DNA of 52,259 nucleotides from a phage: NCBI GenBank assembly GCA_025325205.1, contig GCA_025325205.1_4770.1; one strand, 5' to 3'. Shown piece by piece: positions 34,181 to 43,908 of this stretch (position 1 is its first letter; each line of letters starts with the position of its first letter). The notes under the pieces were generated by a model. It saw only the letters and a program-made list of their open reading frames with translations, ran no database searches and was not told where the DNA came from. The position numbers and the translations under genes were made by a program.

Positions 34181-34450
34181 TTATTCTTCTTTTTCTTGTT
34201 TTTTATTTGATTCCTGGATGCCTAGAACAGCCAAGACCTTCACAGCAATACGTTGTGCAATATCAACTTGTTGTTGAGTTAACTTACCTGAACTCATTAC
34301 AGACATGATGCCAGATAACGAGCCCATGGATTTAAAATCATTAAAAGCAGATTTCAAGATATCCAATTCCGAGTGGCCTTCATCTACTACAACATGAGCT
34401 CGTATTGCTAGTTGTTTTACTACTTTATCAATACCTTCGTTCTTTGTCAT
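34181..34450 (-). CDS. hypothetical protein
   Basis: 89-aa ORF, last gene of the minus-strand late block. Confidence 0.35.
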   Translation of the reverse strand: MTKNEGIDKVVKQLAIRAHVVVDEGHSELDILKSAFNDFKSMGSLSGIMSVMSSGKLTQQQVDIAQRIAVKVLAVLGIQESNKKQEKEE

Positions 34451-34995
34451 TTGACTTCACCTTTCTGCTCTGGCTTGACCACAGTTTGCGGTTGAGGTTG
34501 CGCCTGAGGTTCTGGAGTTTGCGGTTTCGCGTGTAACACGCTCTGATCAATCGTCGGTGGCCATGGGCTAATGCTCTCACGGGATTCTACAGGCTGCGCT
34601 GGTTCCAGACCTAAGAACTTACTTACAAATTCACCTGCAAAGTCAGAGTTATCGCTCACATATACGTGCATACGATCGAGATCGGATTGGCTAATGGAAT
34701 TCGGAGCTATTGTGATCTTAAACTGGTGGAAGCCAACATACATCACATTCACTGGACGTTCGATAGTACCTGGCGTTGGTGGTATCACACCCATTATCCA
34801 ACAATAATGAACCCGACCATCTGCCATAGGTTCGCAACCAGCATTTAGCCAGCTGACCTTTTGGTGCGGAAACGCAGTCGTTGAATCGGTAGCGTCCCGA
34901 CGTAACGCCCATTCAACGCCGCCAACGCTGATGGAGCTTTTCGGTTTCATACCATTGAATTGAGTAACGCCCATACCATTGTTTATGTTCTGCAT
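34447..34995 (-). CDS. hypothetical protein (Pro/Gln-rich C-terminus)
   Basis: 182-aa ORF; AKPQTPEPQAQPQPQ tail. Confidence 0.35.
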   Translation of the reverse strand: MQNINNGMGVTQFNGMKPKSSISVGGVEWALRRDATDSTTAFPHQKVSWLNAGCEPMADGRVHYCWIMGVIPPTPGTIERPVNVMYVGFHQFKITIAPNSISQSDLDRMHVYVSDNSDFAGEFVSKFLGLEPAQPVESRESISPWPPTIDQSVLHAKPQTPEPQAQPQPQTVVKPEQKGEVK

Positions 34996-35011
34996 GTCGG
35001 CTTCCTATCTT

Positions 35012-35377
35012 TTACATCGCTTTCATTTTCTTGAGTGCGCAAATACAGGCCGCCGCAAGATCAGTTAGTTCTTTTTCTACACCAGTATGTGAACCTTCAG
35101 CTTTCTTTTCCATCAGCTCACGATACTCCATTTCGACAATTGACATCATGCCGCCGGACTTGCTACTGTACGCCGCCCAAGTTGACGGAGGCTGTTCCAT
35201 CCGCTGATGCACATCTGCCATAACTGCCATAGATTCATGATCTCTAGCATGAAGTTTATCATGTTCGTGATACTCCTCTTTATGGTGTTCGTCCGTCTTA
35301 TAAACCAGATGAGGCAAAGCAATCATAGGAAGACGAACATGTGGTAACGCAAACGTGGCTATCTTAATGTGACCCAT
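35012..35377 (-). CDS. hypothetical His-rich protein
   Basis: 121 aa with clustered His/Glu (HHKEEYHEHDKLHARDHE). Confidence 0.35.
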   Translation of the reverse strand: MGHIKIATFALPHVRLPMIALPHLVYKTDEHHKEEYHEHDKLHARDHESMAVMADVHQRMEQPPSTWAAYSSKSGGMMSIVEMEYRELMEKKAEGSHTGVEKELTDLAAACICALKKMKAM

Positions 35378-35442
35378 ATGTTTGACCTCTTTTTAAAAAC
35401 GCCCCGTGAGAGACGTTTAGTTGACCACACTTTAGGATCTTA

Positions 35443-36150
35443 TCAACCGCAGCAACCAGTCGGCGGAGTCGGAGGAGTTGGCAGCTTGAAGTTAACGAGC
35501 TGTTCAACCTGATCGATTTGGCACTTCAGTTTCGCGGTCTGAGCCTGCTGAGAGATCAGGAAATCGCGTGACTGGATCTGGGACTTCAGATCACAAATCA
35601 GGATTGCTTGACGATCAGCTTCTTGTTTCAACAGCAGAGCGTGGGTTTCGTTGCCCTGACGTTCAATGTTGAGGTTGGTTTCGCAGCAACACTCTTGAGC
35701 TCGTAATTGAGCTTCATAAGCAATACGCTGTTGTTCATAGGATTGAGCGCAGATAGCGTTGGTGATCTGGTTAGTACCCTGCTGAACCTGATTATTCAGA
35801 CCAGCGAAGCCCTGCACAGACGCCAGCAGGTTTTGAGTGTTCTGCTGAGTGATACCGTTAAAGGTGGAAGCGGCAGAACGCTCTACAGTCAGGTTAGTAC
35901 CGTTCTGACCTTGGATAGTCTGCAGAGTGCCGTTGTTGATAGCTTGCAGAATAGCATTGGTGTCGACTGATGCTTGAACTTCTACAGGACCGGCACGACC
36001 ACCCCAACCGCCCCAACCACCACCGCCGCCCCAACCATTTCCGATCCACGAACCGATTAAGCCACCGATACCACCGCCAACAGCCGCTGCACCAGCTTCA
36101 CCACCGAAACCGCCACCTAAACCGCTCGGAATAAGAGTCATGTCAGACAT
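35443..36150 (-). CDS. Gly/Trp-rich protein with Cys-containing C-terminal part, unknown function
   Basis: N-terminal GLGGGFGGEAGAAAVGGGIGG...GWGGGGGWGGWGG; Q/N-rich middle; CCC and C-terminal GCCG; own upstream terminator. Confidence 0.45.
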   Translation of the reverse strand: MSDMTLIPSGLGGGFGGEAGAAAVGGGIGGLIGSWIGNGWGGGGGWGGWGGRAGPVEVQASVDTNAILQAINNGTLQTIQGQNGTNLTVERSAASTFNGITQQNTQNLLASVQGFAGLNNQVQQGTNQITNAICAQSYEQQRIAYEAQLRAQECCCETNLNIERQGNETHALLLKQEADRQAILICDLKSQIQSRDFLISQQAQTAKLKCQIDQVEQLVNFKLPTPPTPPTGCCG

Positions 36151-36257
36151 ATGGATTCCCCATTTAGATTGTTAAATTAATGTAACTCTTACGTTACAGA
36201 GCAAGCATATAGCAAAAGTGGGGAATCGCAAGGTAAAGCATAAAAATGATTTGTAAA

Positions 36258-36307
36258 TATTGAAAATAAAAATTATCCGCTGGTCGTTGGACTTACAGCG
36301 GATAATT
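36258..36307 (-). terminator. rho-independent terminator downstream of the tail fiber gene
   Basis: 12-bp stem AATTATCCGCTG / CAGCGGATAATT (36271-36307) with A-run 36261-36270 on plus strand (T-run on minus). Confidence 0.65.
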
Positions 36308-36384
36308 ATTTACATCAGGCTTGTTCACATCGTAGAATACATAGTATCCATAGATTGTATAATATCATTATACAAAGTGCAATT

Positions 36385-38568
36385 TTAAGGAAGATCCTCT
36401 GTTTTAACTAGTTTATTTACAAGTTGTTTCAATTCACTTAGTTCTTGCTCAAGTTCGTTAACTTTATTATTTAAAGTTTTTATTGCAGCTATTGCATCTA
36501 AAAGTAGGACATTTTCATCCAAACAAAGTATTCTTTTATCGCTTCCTGGTGTATTTTCATAACTGCGAATATATTGCGGATCTATCTCCTGTAATTGTTG
36601 AGCAATAAAACCACGTCTAACCTGTTCTTTTTTATCGTTTGTGTATATAAAGCTACAGTATTCCATCTTTTCTATATTACTTAGAGCAATGGAAGTATCT
36701 ATTGCTTTTATATCCCTCTTTAATGTTCTGTCACTATTTGGAGATCTACTAAATACATAGCTTTCTGCACCATCGTTACGGGAAAAAGTAATATCATAAG
36801 TTGTTGAATTAAATGTTGTAATCCTTGTTAGTGCGCCTGTACTTTCCCCGCTCGAAAAATCGTAATCCCAACATTGCACAATTACTGCGTTAGGATGAGC
36901 TTGACCTTCATTAGGATAAATAATAGAACCAAAAGATATAAAGTTGCGCCATCCGCCACCTGTTGTACCAAATCCACCACCAACAATGCCACTATAACCA
37001 GAATACGGGCCGTCTAACCATACCGGAGCTACCTGATACGCGGTTAAATATGTTGCACCTGTTGTTCCAGCCGCACGCATTGCCTTTTTACTTCTTAGAA
37101 TTCCGTTTAACTCAAAATCCCACGACGCTTCAGAACTAGTTTGATAATGCTTTGTAGTTAATCTTGTTAATATTGTTTGTCCGTACCAACCTGTATTTTC
37201 GAAAGTGGAACTATAAACACGTTCGCCGTTTATAGAATAGACAGATTCAATTTTCCCGCCGTTAATCAATAATCCTGCTACGGGCGTAGATGATGCATTA
37301 TTTGTAGCAATACATTCTGTAGTGTTTACACCTTTTGCAAAAGAATCCTCTATATCGGAGACAATCTTTTCTTCAACCCAATGTTTTGTAGTTGCATCCA
37401 TATCCTCTGTAGGATCGCCTGAAAGAGGGGTTGAACCAATAGGTCTTACATTTAGCCATGCAGCAGCGCGGTCTGCTAAATCCGATAAGTTATTTTCAGA
37501 CAGTAGACTCTCGTCTTTTGTTGGCACATTATAACTTTGTCTAAAGTCTTCTTTTGATGCTACTCCAGTGCCTCCGTATTCTACGGTTAAAGGCTTAGGA
37601 CGCCCGTCGCTAACTGTACAACCACCCCATTCATTATTGAGTATACGAAGGGCTATTGAATTATCAGGTGAATACGCTAAAGTTTGTTCTGATAAACTTC
37701 TAAAAGTGTGGATTTTTAGTTGAAATCTTGCTTGATCTTTGTCCGGAAGATCTGAAAGATTATTTTCTTTTAATAACGATTTACTAATAATACCTTCAGC
37801 TTTTCCAGCAGCCACTTCTGCACGCCCAGCGTCTGTAGATGCACTTTGTGCGCTACCAGCCGCATTGCTAGCTTGTTGTCCTGCTTCGGTAGCACTATTA
37901 CTTGCTTGTGCAGCAGACGCAGCAGCAGCATCTTTTAGCGCGGTAGTTTCGGACACAGCGGCGTCCTTAATACCCTGTGTGTCTGCTTTTAACTGCTCAA
38001 CGTCAGATTTTAGACCTTGAATTGTGGTTACAGCTTGTGATGCAGTGTTAGCAGAACCGGCAGCGCCAGCCTGTGCTTGTCTAGCAGCGTCTTCACTAGC
38101 TTTAGCATCATTTTTATAGACAAGTGCATCCGAAGCGGATTGAGCAGCTGAAGCCTTACTATTGCGAGCGTCCGTAGCATCTGCGTTTGCTGCCGCAGCA
38201 GAGCGGCCAGCTTGCAAAGAGTATTCTTCAGAAGCAGCCACAAGTTGTTGAACTTGTTTGATAACATCTGGTGTTAGTTCTTCTTCCACCCAATTAACAA
38301 GATAACCATTAAGTGACCCATCCGGACTATCTGCATATAGGACAATTTCTCCAGCCTTATATGGTTCTTTTCCTTGAGGGCCCACTATAACCACATAGTG
38401 TCCTGGGTTCATTGTGATATTATATGCACCTTGAGGATCTGTACGGAATATCGCTTCGCTACTACCTAACACTATGAGTGTATTACTTCTTGCTATCAAG
38501 GATACGGTTGCATTAACAATAGGTTTATTCAAACCATCTGTTAGGATACCATATAGACGAATTGTCAT
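36385..38568 (-). CDS. tail fiber protein with C-terminal intramolecular chaperone (peptidase S74-like) domain
   Basis: Ala/Ser/Gln-rich repetitive shaft, repeated ENNLSDL(P/A)D motif, C-terminal SDRTLKRDIKAID ... GFIAQQLQEIDP resembling the auto-cleaving chaperone domain; AT-rich distal end. Confidence 0.65.
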   Translation of the reverse strand: MTIRLYGILTDGLNKPIVNATVSLIARSNTLIVLGSSEAIFRTDPQGAYNITMNPGHYVVIVGPQGKEPYKAGEIVLYADSPDGSLNGYLVNWVEEELTPDVIKQVQQLVAASEEYSLQAGRSAAAANADATDARNSKASAAQSASDALVYKNDAKASEDAARQAQAGAAGSANTASQAVTTIQGLKSDVEQLKADTQGIKDAAVSETTALKDAAAASAAQASNSATEAGQQASNAAGSAQSASTDAGRAEVAAGKAEGIISKSLLKENNLSDLPDKDQARFQLKIHTFRSLSEQTLAYSPDNSIALRILNNEWGGCTVSDGRPKPLTVEYGGTGVASKEDFRQSYNVPTKDESLLSENNLSDLADRAAAWLNVRPIGSTPLSGDPTEDMDATTKHWVEEKIVSDIEDSFAKGVNTTECIATNNASSTPVAGLLINGGKIESVYSINGERVYSSTFENTGWYGQTILTRLTTKHYQTSSEASWDFELNGILRSKKAMRAAGTTGATYLTAYQVAPVWLDGPYSGYSGIVGGGFGTTGGGWRNFISFGSIIYPNEGQAHPNAVIVQCWDYDFSSGESTGALTRITTFNSTTYDITFSRNDGAESYVFSRSPNSDRTLKRDIKAIDTSIALSNIEKMEYCSFIYTNDKKEQVRRGFIAQQLQEIDPQYIRSYENTPGSDKRILCLDENVLLLDAIAAIKTLNNKVNELEQELSELKQLVNKLVKTEDLP

Positions 38569-38678
38569 TTTTACCTCTTATCTGTAAAATTAATAGATAT
38601 TTCAGGGCATACAAATATGGTAAATTAAATTAGAATATAAAACAATATTATCTATCGTCTTTAACCACATTATTTGGA

Positions 38679-39650
38679 GTGATTATGCCAGAGGGTATTT
38701 ATATAAACTACAATGACGGCAGACCTGCAATGCAAATAACAGCAGGACTACGCGCCCCGTCCTTTTGCGCTAACTTCAATCAACGCTGTCAATCAGATAA
38801 GACGCTGACCATCAACGCACCTTTAACGCCGGGATCGCAGCTTATCGTTGTTATGACTAACCCTGTTGAAGTATTAGAAGTATTCGATCAGACGTTAGTC
38901 ATCCCGGATCCAATGTATGTGACGTCCGTAACCCGAAACGGTGACAGTGGGGTGACGTTGCGAGGCGCAGATGGTCTTGGTGCTTATAGTGGATTGCCGC
39001 AATGGTCAGGGGTAGTTATGGAACTGCTACCTGTAGGAACGCGAAACGAGGGTCTATTTGTGGCTAACTCAACGGACTTCACAGCAATATCCAACGCAGC
39101 TTTTCTCATGACTTGTCAGTATTCCCAGTACGTATGGGTTAACGGTAGTATGCCATTACCTGTTGGTGGTGTTCCGTTTGCTCGCTGGAACGATCCTAAC
39201 GTGTCAGTAGGTTTTGATGGTTCGAATATTATCGTTCGCAACGCAGCATATGGTGGAATCGATGACGTAGCGGCTTCTGTTGGAATGGAGTTAGTAATAT
39301 TTAACAACACTCCCCCACAGCCCGGTAATGGTATTACCATGACGAACAGCGCTGGCCAAGTTACGTTCTCCACGGTTAAGAAGCCTTTTGTATTTAACGG
39401 AACAGTAGATCTTAGCGCAGGCTGGCAAAATATTGGTAACAGCTTAATACAACTTGCATACACAGGTACAATTATTGAGAACAACGGAGGTTATAATCAT
39501 ATTCGCATGAACGGCATTCGCATGGCAGATAATGTGGTGGGTGCTGCAAGAAACCGCGTGGTAGGCAACTACTCTCGACGACAATTCCAAATGCCCGGTC
39601 GAAACGTGGTGATCTCAACACCACTCATGACTATACCAAATATGTATTAA
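38679..39650 (+). CDS. hypothetical protein, oppositely oriented inside the tail module (candidate receptor-binding or accessory protein)
   Basis: 323-aa Gly/Asn/Thr-rich ORF with RBS, flanked by divergent promoter region and a bidirectional terminator. Confidence 0.4.
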   Translation: MIMPEGIYINYNDGRPAMQITAGLRAPSFCANFNQRCQSDKTLTINAPLTPGSQLIVVMTNPVEVLEVFDQTLVIPDPMYVTSVTRNGDSGVTLRGADGLGAYSGLPQWSGVVMELLPVGTRNEGLFVANSTDFTAISNAAFLMTCQYSQYVWVNGSMPLPVGGVPFARWNDPNVSVGFDGSNIIVRNAAYGGIDDVAASVGMELVIFNNTPPQPGNGITMTNSAGQVTFSTVKKPFVFNGTVDLSAGWQNIGNSLIQLAYTGTIIENNGGYNHIRMNGIRMADNVVGAARNRVVGNYSRRQFQMPGRNVVISTPLMTIPNMY

Positions 39651-39680
39651 TAAACGGGGCATGTGCCCCGTTTAAATATT
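39651..39680. terminator. bidirectional hairpin terminator
   Basis: AACGGGGCA / TGCCCCGTT inverted repeat followed by TAAATATTT, between convergent ORFs 38679-39650 (+) and 39684-42335 (-). Confidence 0.5.
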
Positions 39681-39683
39681 TGA

Positions 39684-42335
39684 TCACCAGCGTCCTACTA
39701 TGATAACACCCCCACCGGATAACGGGACGCGAATACCATTACTATCAATTGTAATACCCCCATTTCCGTTGAAACCAAATTGACCAGCGTTAGCAACGAC
39801 CGTCCCTCTGACGGTAACGTTATTAAATACGCAATAACCGTCTTTTGTAATTGCCCACCCTTGATCGTTCCCATTCCAGTTATTGGACTGAATCACATTA
39901 CCTATTTTAGCATTTGTAATTGAACCATTCTCAATAAAACCATCTCTCAAGAACGCCTGACCGTTTTTAATAGCGAACGCAAGTTGAGCAGCTCCAGCTA
40001 CAGGGTTGTAAACAGCAAAGTTATCCGCACTCACCATGAAGTAAGATTGGAATTGACCTCCACTACCTTCTATACCTAACTGCATACCGGCGACATATTT
40101 ATTACCGTTACTATCAATCTGAACTTTTTGCCCCCATTGAGCAGAAAGTTTACCATTAAGATCTGCTAATGCTTGGGATTGTTGTTGAACTGTAACCACA
40201 ACGTCGCCAACGCTAGTCTGCACTGAATCTATCTTGGAGGATTGCCCTTCTACAACTTTGGACAATTCTGTGACGCCGTCGTCGACTTTCTGTACAGTCT
40301 CCATGAGGTTTTTGAAAGTTTCAGTCTCCTGGAACTCCTTATCCATGATTTCAATGATTTGCCCAGTTTCCGCCCAAACCCGCGCTTCCACTTCAACAAA
40401 CGAAGACGATCCGAAGGCATTGATTGTGCGAACATACCAGTAATAAACGTGGTCATTGAGCAAATTGTTCTTTTGCCATACAGTACCCATACCTTCACGA
40501 GTAGCGTCTCGTTCAACGACATCCGTATTGGTGGATGATAATTTTGTTTCACCTGATGTCCAGAAATCGAACTGAGTGCTGACGCTAGTAAGTTCAGAAA
40601 TTTTTGGAATAAGTGTTAAAGAAAAATAACCGTTTTGTACTTCGACAGAAGAAGGTGGTGGTGGAGCTTGAATATTAAATTCAAGATAAGCCTCAGGGGA
40701 TATTGCCCCACCGTGTGACACAGCTTGGACGTGCGCTGTATACGCACCACGTAACAGACCAGTAACTCTAACACTTTGTCCTGGGACTTGTGCGGTCCAA
40801 ATAGTTACACCGCCCTGTCGCACGGCTACGCGGTTGTACGCCACTTGCCCCATATTAGTCCAGGATAATACACCCTGTACCACATCGCTAATCTGCAAAA
40901 TCTGGTACTGTAGATTTTGTGGTTGAGCAACACCGCCACTTGGTAAATCTACAAGATCTGGGCGGTCCATCGGTTTACCGATAGCATCGTCCCACATTTC
41001 CAGGAAATCTTGTCGTAGAGTAATGTCTACTCCACCTTTAGGGTTGAAAGACCATTTAGTTACTCGCATCTCGACATTTTTCATTCCTATCTGAGAAATA
41101 GTAACTTTTACATACATTCCTGGTCGAAATTTATAACCTTTCATGTTACAAGGAATTTCAATTGTGCGACCAACACGTTTACGACGTAAAATAATATTGG
41201 ATAAACGTTGGGCTTGATATTCGCTTGTTACAAACCGGAAATCCATATCCTGGGTTATTTCTGCACCATCTTTTTCCACCCATTCTTTGACCACAACAGG
41301 AGGGAAGTCAGCTTCAACATAGTTCTGTTTAGGATCTATGAATGTACCAGTGATTGTGTTAGTTCGTTCCTTATAGGATGTCTCCGGGATGATTTTAATA
41401 TCACCGGAAATACAACTTTCGTCCAAAGTCATTGTTGCTGGACCATAGTAAGCACCGACCAATAATCCATGCTTACCGGCTATATATGTCAATTCCCCGC
41501 CGCAAGCCTGCAACATTGCATCAAGGATTTTAGCAGGTGCTTCATCTACTTCGAATTCTCCATTGATTCTATAGCGTCGCTCCGTGGAACCATCTGCGTT
41601 AGAAACATATTCGTCACATATATTCGCAGCTTCTTTGAACTGCTCCCAGTTAATATGTTCGTCGCTACGTTTCAAATATGTTCGGAAATAATCCAGTATA
41701 ACTAATGCCGCGTTATCACTGAACACAGTATAGCCAGATCTAGGGTCATATACACGTCGTCCTCGTTTTAGAAGTTTGATATTTGGTAAACCAGAAGGGA
41801 ATTTTTCAGCATTAAATTTGAAACTAATACGAAGCCAAGCAATACCTTTACCAATCATATCATCCTTCCAGGAAGGACAATTGTCCCGCATAAACGGGTC
41901 TACAGTTTGACGGTCGTTATGAAATTCCCAGCTGACGTATTGTTCGAAAGTTTGAATAAGGTCGTCCCCAAGCCAAATATCCCCAATTCCTTCCAATGGA
42001 TGTGACGCAACAACTAACGCCATATGCAGAAGTTCATCTTCATCCTGGTCACCGGGCTGTTCTTCTGCAAAAGTCATGACTCCAGAAGCTACAGTTGTAC
42101 CATATACGACAGTCCTGGCTGCTGCCGCGGCACGTAATACTTGTTTACGCTCCTGTTGACCTTTATAAGCATTGAAATTTGTATTTGGTGTCTTAGTCAA
42201 TAGTGCGCCAGCTACGGTTGCGGTCATACCGATAGCTAAAGCTACACCTGTCGCAATCCATCCCGCTGCTGCCGCAGCAGATGCACCAATTGCAATTGCC
42301 GCTCCAATTATTGCTGGTGGCATCAAACCCTCCAA
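39684..42335 (-). CDS. tail tip / host-specificity protein (lambda J-like)
   Basis: C-terminal half shows J-like blocks as recalled: GYFSLTL...QFDFWTSGE, YYWYVRTINAFGSSSFVEVEA, GNKYVAGMQLG, FAVYNPVAG; long hydrophobic Ala/Gly-rich N-terminus. Confidence 0.7.
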   Translation of the reverse strand: MEGLMPPAIIGAAIAIGASAAAAAGWIATGVALAIGMTATVAGALLTKTPNTNFNAYKGQQERKQVLRAAAAARTVVYGTTVASGVMTFAEEQPGDQDEDELLHMALVVASHPLEGIGDIWLGDDLIQTFEQYVSWEFHNDRQTVDPFMRDNCPSWKDDMIGKGIAWLRISFKFNAEKFPSGLPNIKLLKRGRRVYDPRSGYTVFSDNAALVILDYFRTYLKRSDEHINWEQFKEAANICDEYVSNADGSTERRYRINGEFEVDEAPAKILDAMLQACGGELTYIAGKHGLLVGAYYGPATMTLDESCISGDIKIIPETSYKERTNTITGTFIDPKQNYVEADFPPVVVKEWVEKDGAEITQDMDFRFVTSEYQAQRLSNIILRRKRVGRTIEIPCNMKGYKFRPGMYVKVTISQIGMKNVEMRVTKWSFNPKGGVDITLRQDFLEMWDDAIGKPMDRPDLVDLPSGGVAQPQNLQYQILQISDVVQGVLSWTNMGQVAYNRVAVRQGGVTIWTAQVPGQSVRVTGLLRGAYTAHVQAVSHGGAISPEAYLEFNIQAPPPPSSVEVQNGYFSLTLIPKISELTSVSTQFDFWTSGETKLSSTNTDVVERDATREGMGTVWQKNNLLNDHVYYWYVRTINAFGSSSFVEVEARVWAETGQIIEIMDKEFQETETFKNLMETVQKVDDGVTELSKVVEGQSSKIDSVQTSVGDVVVTVQQQSQALADLNGKLSAQWGQKVQIDSNGNKYVAGMQLGIEGSGGQFQSYFMVSADNFAVYNPVAGAAQLAFAIKNGQAFLRDGFIENGSITNAKIGNVIQSNNWNGNDQGWAITKDGYCVFNNVTVRGTVVANAGQFGFNGNGGITIDSNGIRVPLSGGGVIIVGRW

Positions 42336-42739
42336 ACATCTGTGATTTTAATCTTATTAATTGGGAATGTCACAACACCATTCGGTCCCATAGCCCATAC
42401 GAATCCAGTCCATAGTATACCGGCAGTTAATCCTAGCTCACCTTCAAATGTAACAACATCTCCTCTTTGTGCAAAATTCTTTTCTATTCTTTCACCTAAG
42501 TAGGTATCTAATAAAGCTGGGAGGTGTGTTGTACCAACTTTCTGAATTGTAAATTTCTTACTTCCTAATTCCGTGCTATATTTTCCAACTATTTCACTAT
42601 AAATATTTGTTCCGTATTGTGCATCGATACACTTTGCGGCAAACGTGCAACAATCATTTTTACCCCAAGAAAAAGGAGTAGACGACAACTCCTTTACCGT
42701 GGTCAATAAACGTGTCTGCCACCCCGGAGTTTTACTCAT
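42323..42739 (-). CDS. tail assembly protein (K-like, cysteine-peptidase-type motif)
   Basis: ORF 42323-42907 trimmed to ATG at 42739 (AGGA 7 nt upstream); WGKNDCCTFAAKCIDAQYG; position between minor tail protein and J-like gene. Confidence 0.4.
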   Translation of the reverse strand: MSKTPGWQTRLLTTVKELSSTPFSWGKNDCCTFAAKCIDAQYGTNIYSEIVGKYSTELGSKKFTIQKVGTTHLPALLDTYLGERIEKNFAQRGDVVTFEGELGLTAGILWTGFVWAMGPNGVVTFPINKIKITDVWRV

Positions 42740-43316
42740 ACGTGAATCCTGGCGCATCTTTTTTACTTCCCCAATAGATTGAACGCTCTGCCATTTGTGC
42801 AACATATCTAAAGAAGCGATCCCCCGGATGTAATCTTTGTTGACTTTCATCCGTATAACGATCTGGTAAGCCTTGTTGCCAACGTTCAAATACGTTGGCA
42901 ACGACATAACTCAATGCGTTCTGTTGCCCTGCTTGTAATGATGTGTCGGTAATGAATCCTTCAAATAAAACATTAGATGCGGAAATTGTACCGGCTTCAT
43001 TCATTACCGCAATGTAACAGATAACACTACATCCGATAACTTCTTCATTTAGAGTCTCACCTACAAGACTCATATCTAGTCCACTAAGAGCCATAGACAT
43101 CGTACTTGAACTTGTGCTGTTTTCCTCTGTAATAGATCCAACATCCCCAAGTGTACCAACACCAAGAAACGTCTGGCCATTGATAATAACAACACCTGTT
43201 CCTGTATGAACTCGTGTCACGCCGGATGGAAAATGTATTTCCGCAGCTAATACTAAAGTAACGTTTGGCTGCTCCATTGCGCTAAGAAGATCGTCACTAA
43301 ATGGGCTGAATAACAT
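42732..43316 (-). CDS. minor tail protein
   Basis: 194-aa ORF in tail-tip module by position. Confidence 0.4.
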   Translation of the reverse strand: MLFSPFSDDLLSAMEQPNVTLVLAAEIHFPSGVTRVHTGTGVVIINGQTFLGVGTLGDVGSITEENSTSSSTMSMALSGLDMSLVGETLNEEVIGCSVICYIAVMNEAGTISASNVLFEGFITDTSLQAGQQNALSYVVANVFERWQQGLPDRYTDESQQRLHPGDRFFRYVAQMAERSIYWGSKKDAPGFTYE

Positions 43317-43906
43317 TAGAATGCCTCTGAGAATTTTAAAGTAAATGAGTTATTAAAAGCCGGTTGACGTTTAACCCCATTAGTATTTTCAGATAACCGA
43401 AAAGTCCCTTGTGGCTTTTGAGTTTCAATTTTTGCACCATTTGGAGGAATACTTCTTAGCATTGGAGCAATACTTAGAATCACATTACCAGAGGAATCAC
43501 TCCATGCGTCCTCTGTTATTAATTTTAACTCATCATTGACTGTTATATAATCTCCTTCGCGTAGAACAAGTTTATCATAATCCCAACCTTTAGTAGATAA
43601 AGTTGTCCCACTGTTATTCGAACCATTGACCACAGGTACTCCCATTGATGGTCTTCCCCAACGCCCGAAATCTTGAAGCATAATGCGACCGGATTTACCA
43701 TCAAGTTTAGCTAATAATGATTCCAGTTTTCTTGATTCCCAGTCATTCAGATTATTGAAAGTTAAAGATGCCTCCCACCTAGATCCTGGGTAGGCCACAG
43801 TCTGAGAAGCCCCGTTAAAAGGGCTTGTAAATTCTACAGAGTTCGATACTAGATGCCATTCCATCTCGGAAGGTCTAATTTCATCGGGCCAGGTTAATAT
43901 TGCCAT
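43316..43906 (-). CDS. minor tail protein (distal tail-type)
   Basis: 196-aa ORF immediately downstream of tape measure gene. Confidence 0.4.
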   Translation of the reverse strand: MAILTWPDEIRPSEMEWHLVSNSVEFTSPFNGASQTVAYPGSRWEASLTFNNLNDWESRKLESLLAKLDGKSGRIMLQDFGRWGRPSMGVPVVNGSNNSGTTLSTKGWDYDKLVLREGDYITVNDELKLITEDAWSDSSGNVILSIAPMLRSIPPNGAKIETQKPQGTFRLSENTNGVKRQPAFNNSFTLKFSEAF

Positions 43907-43908
43907 CT

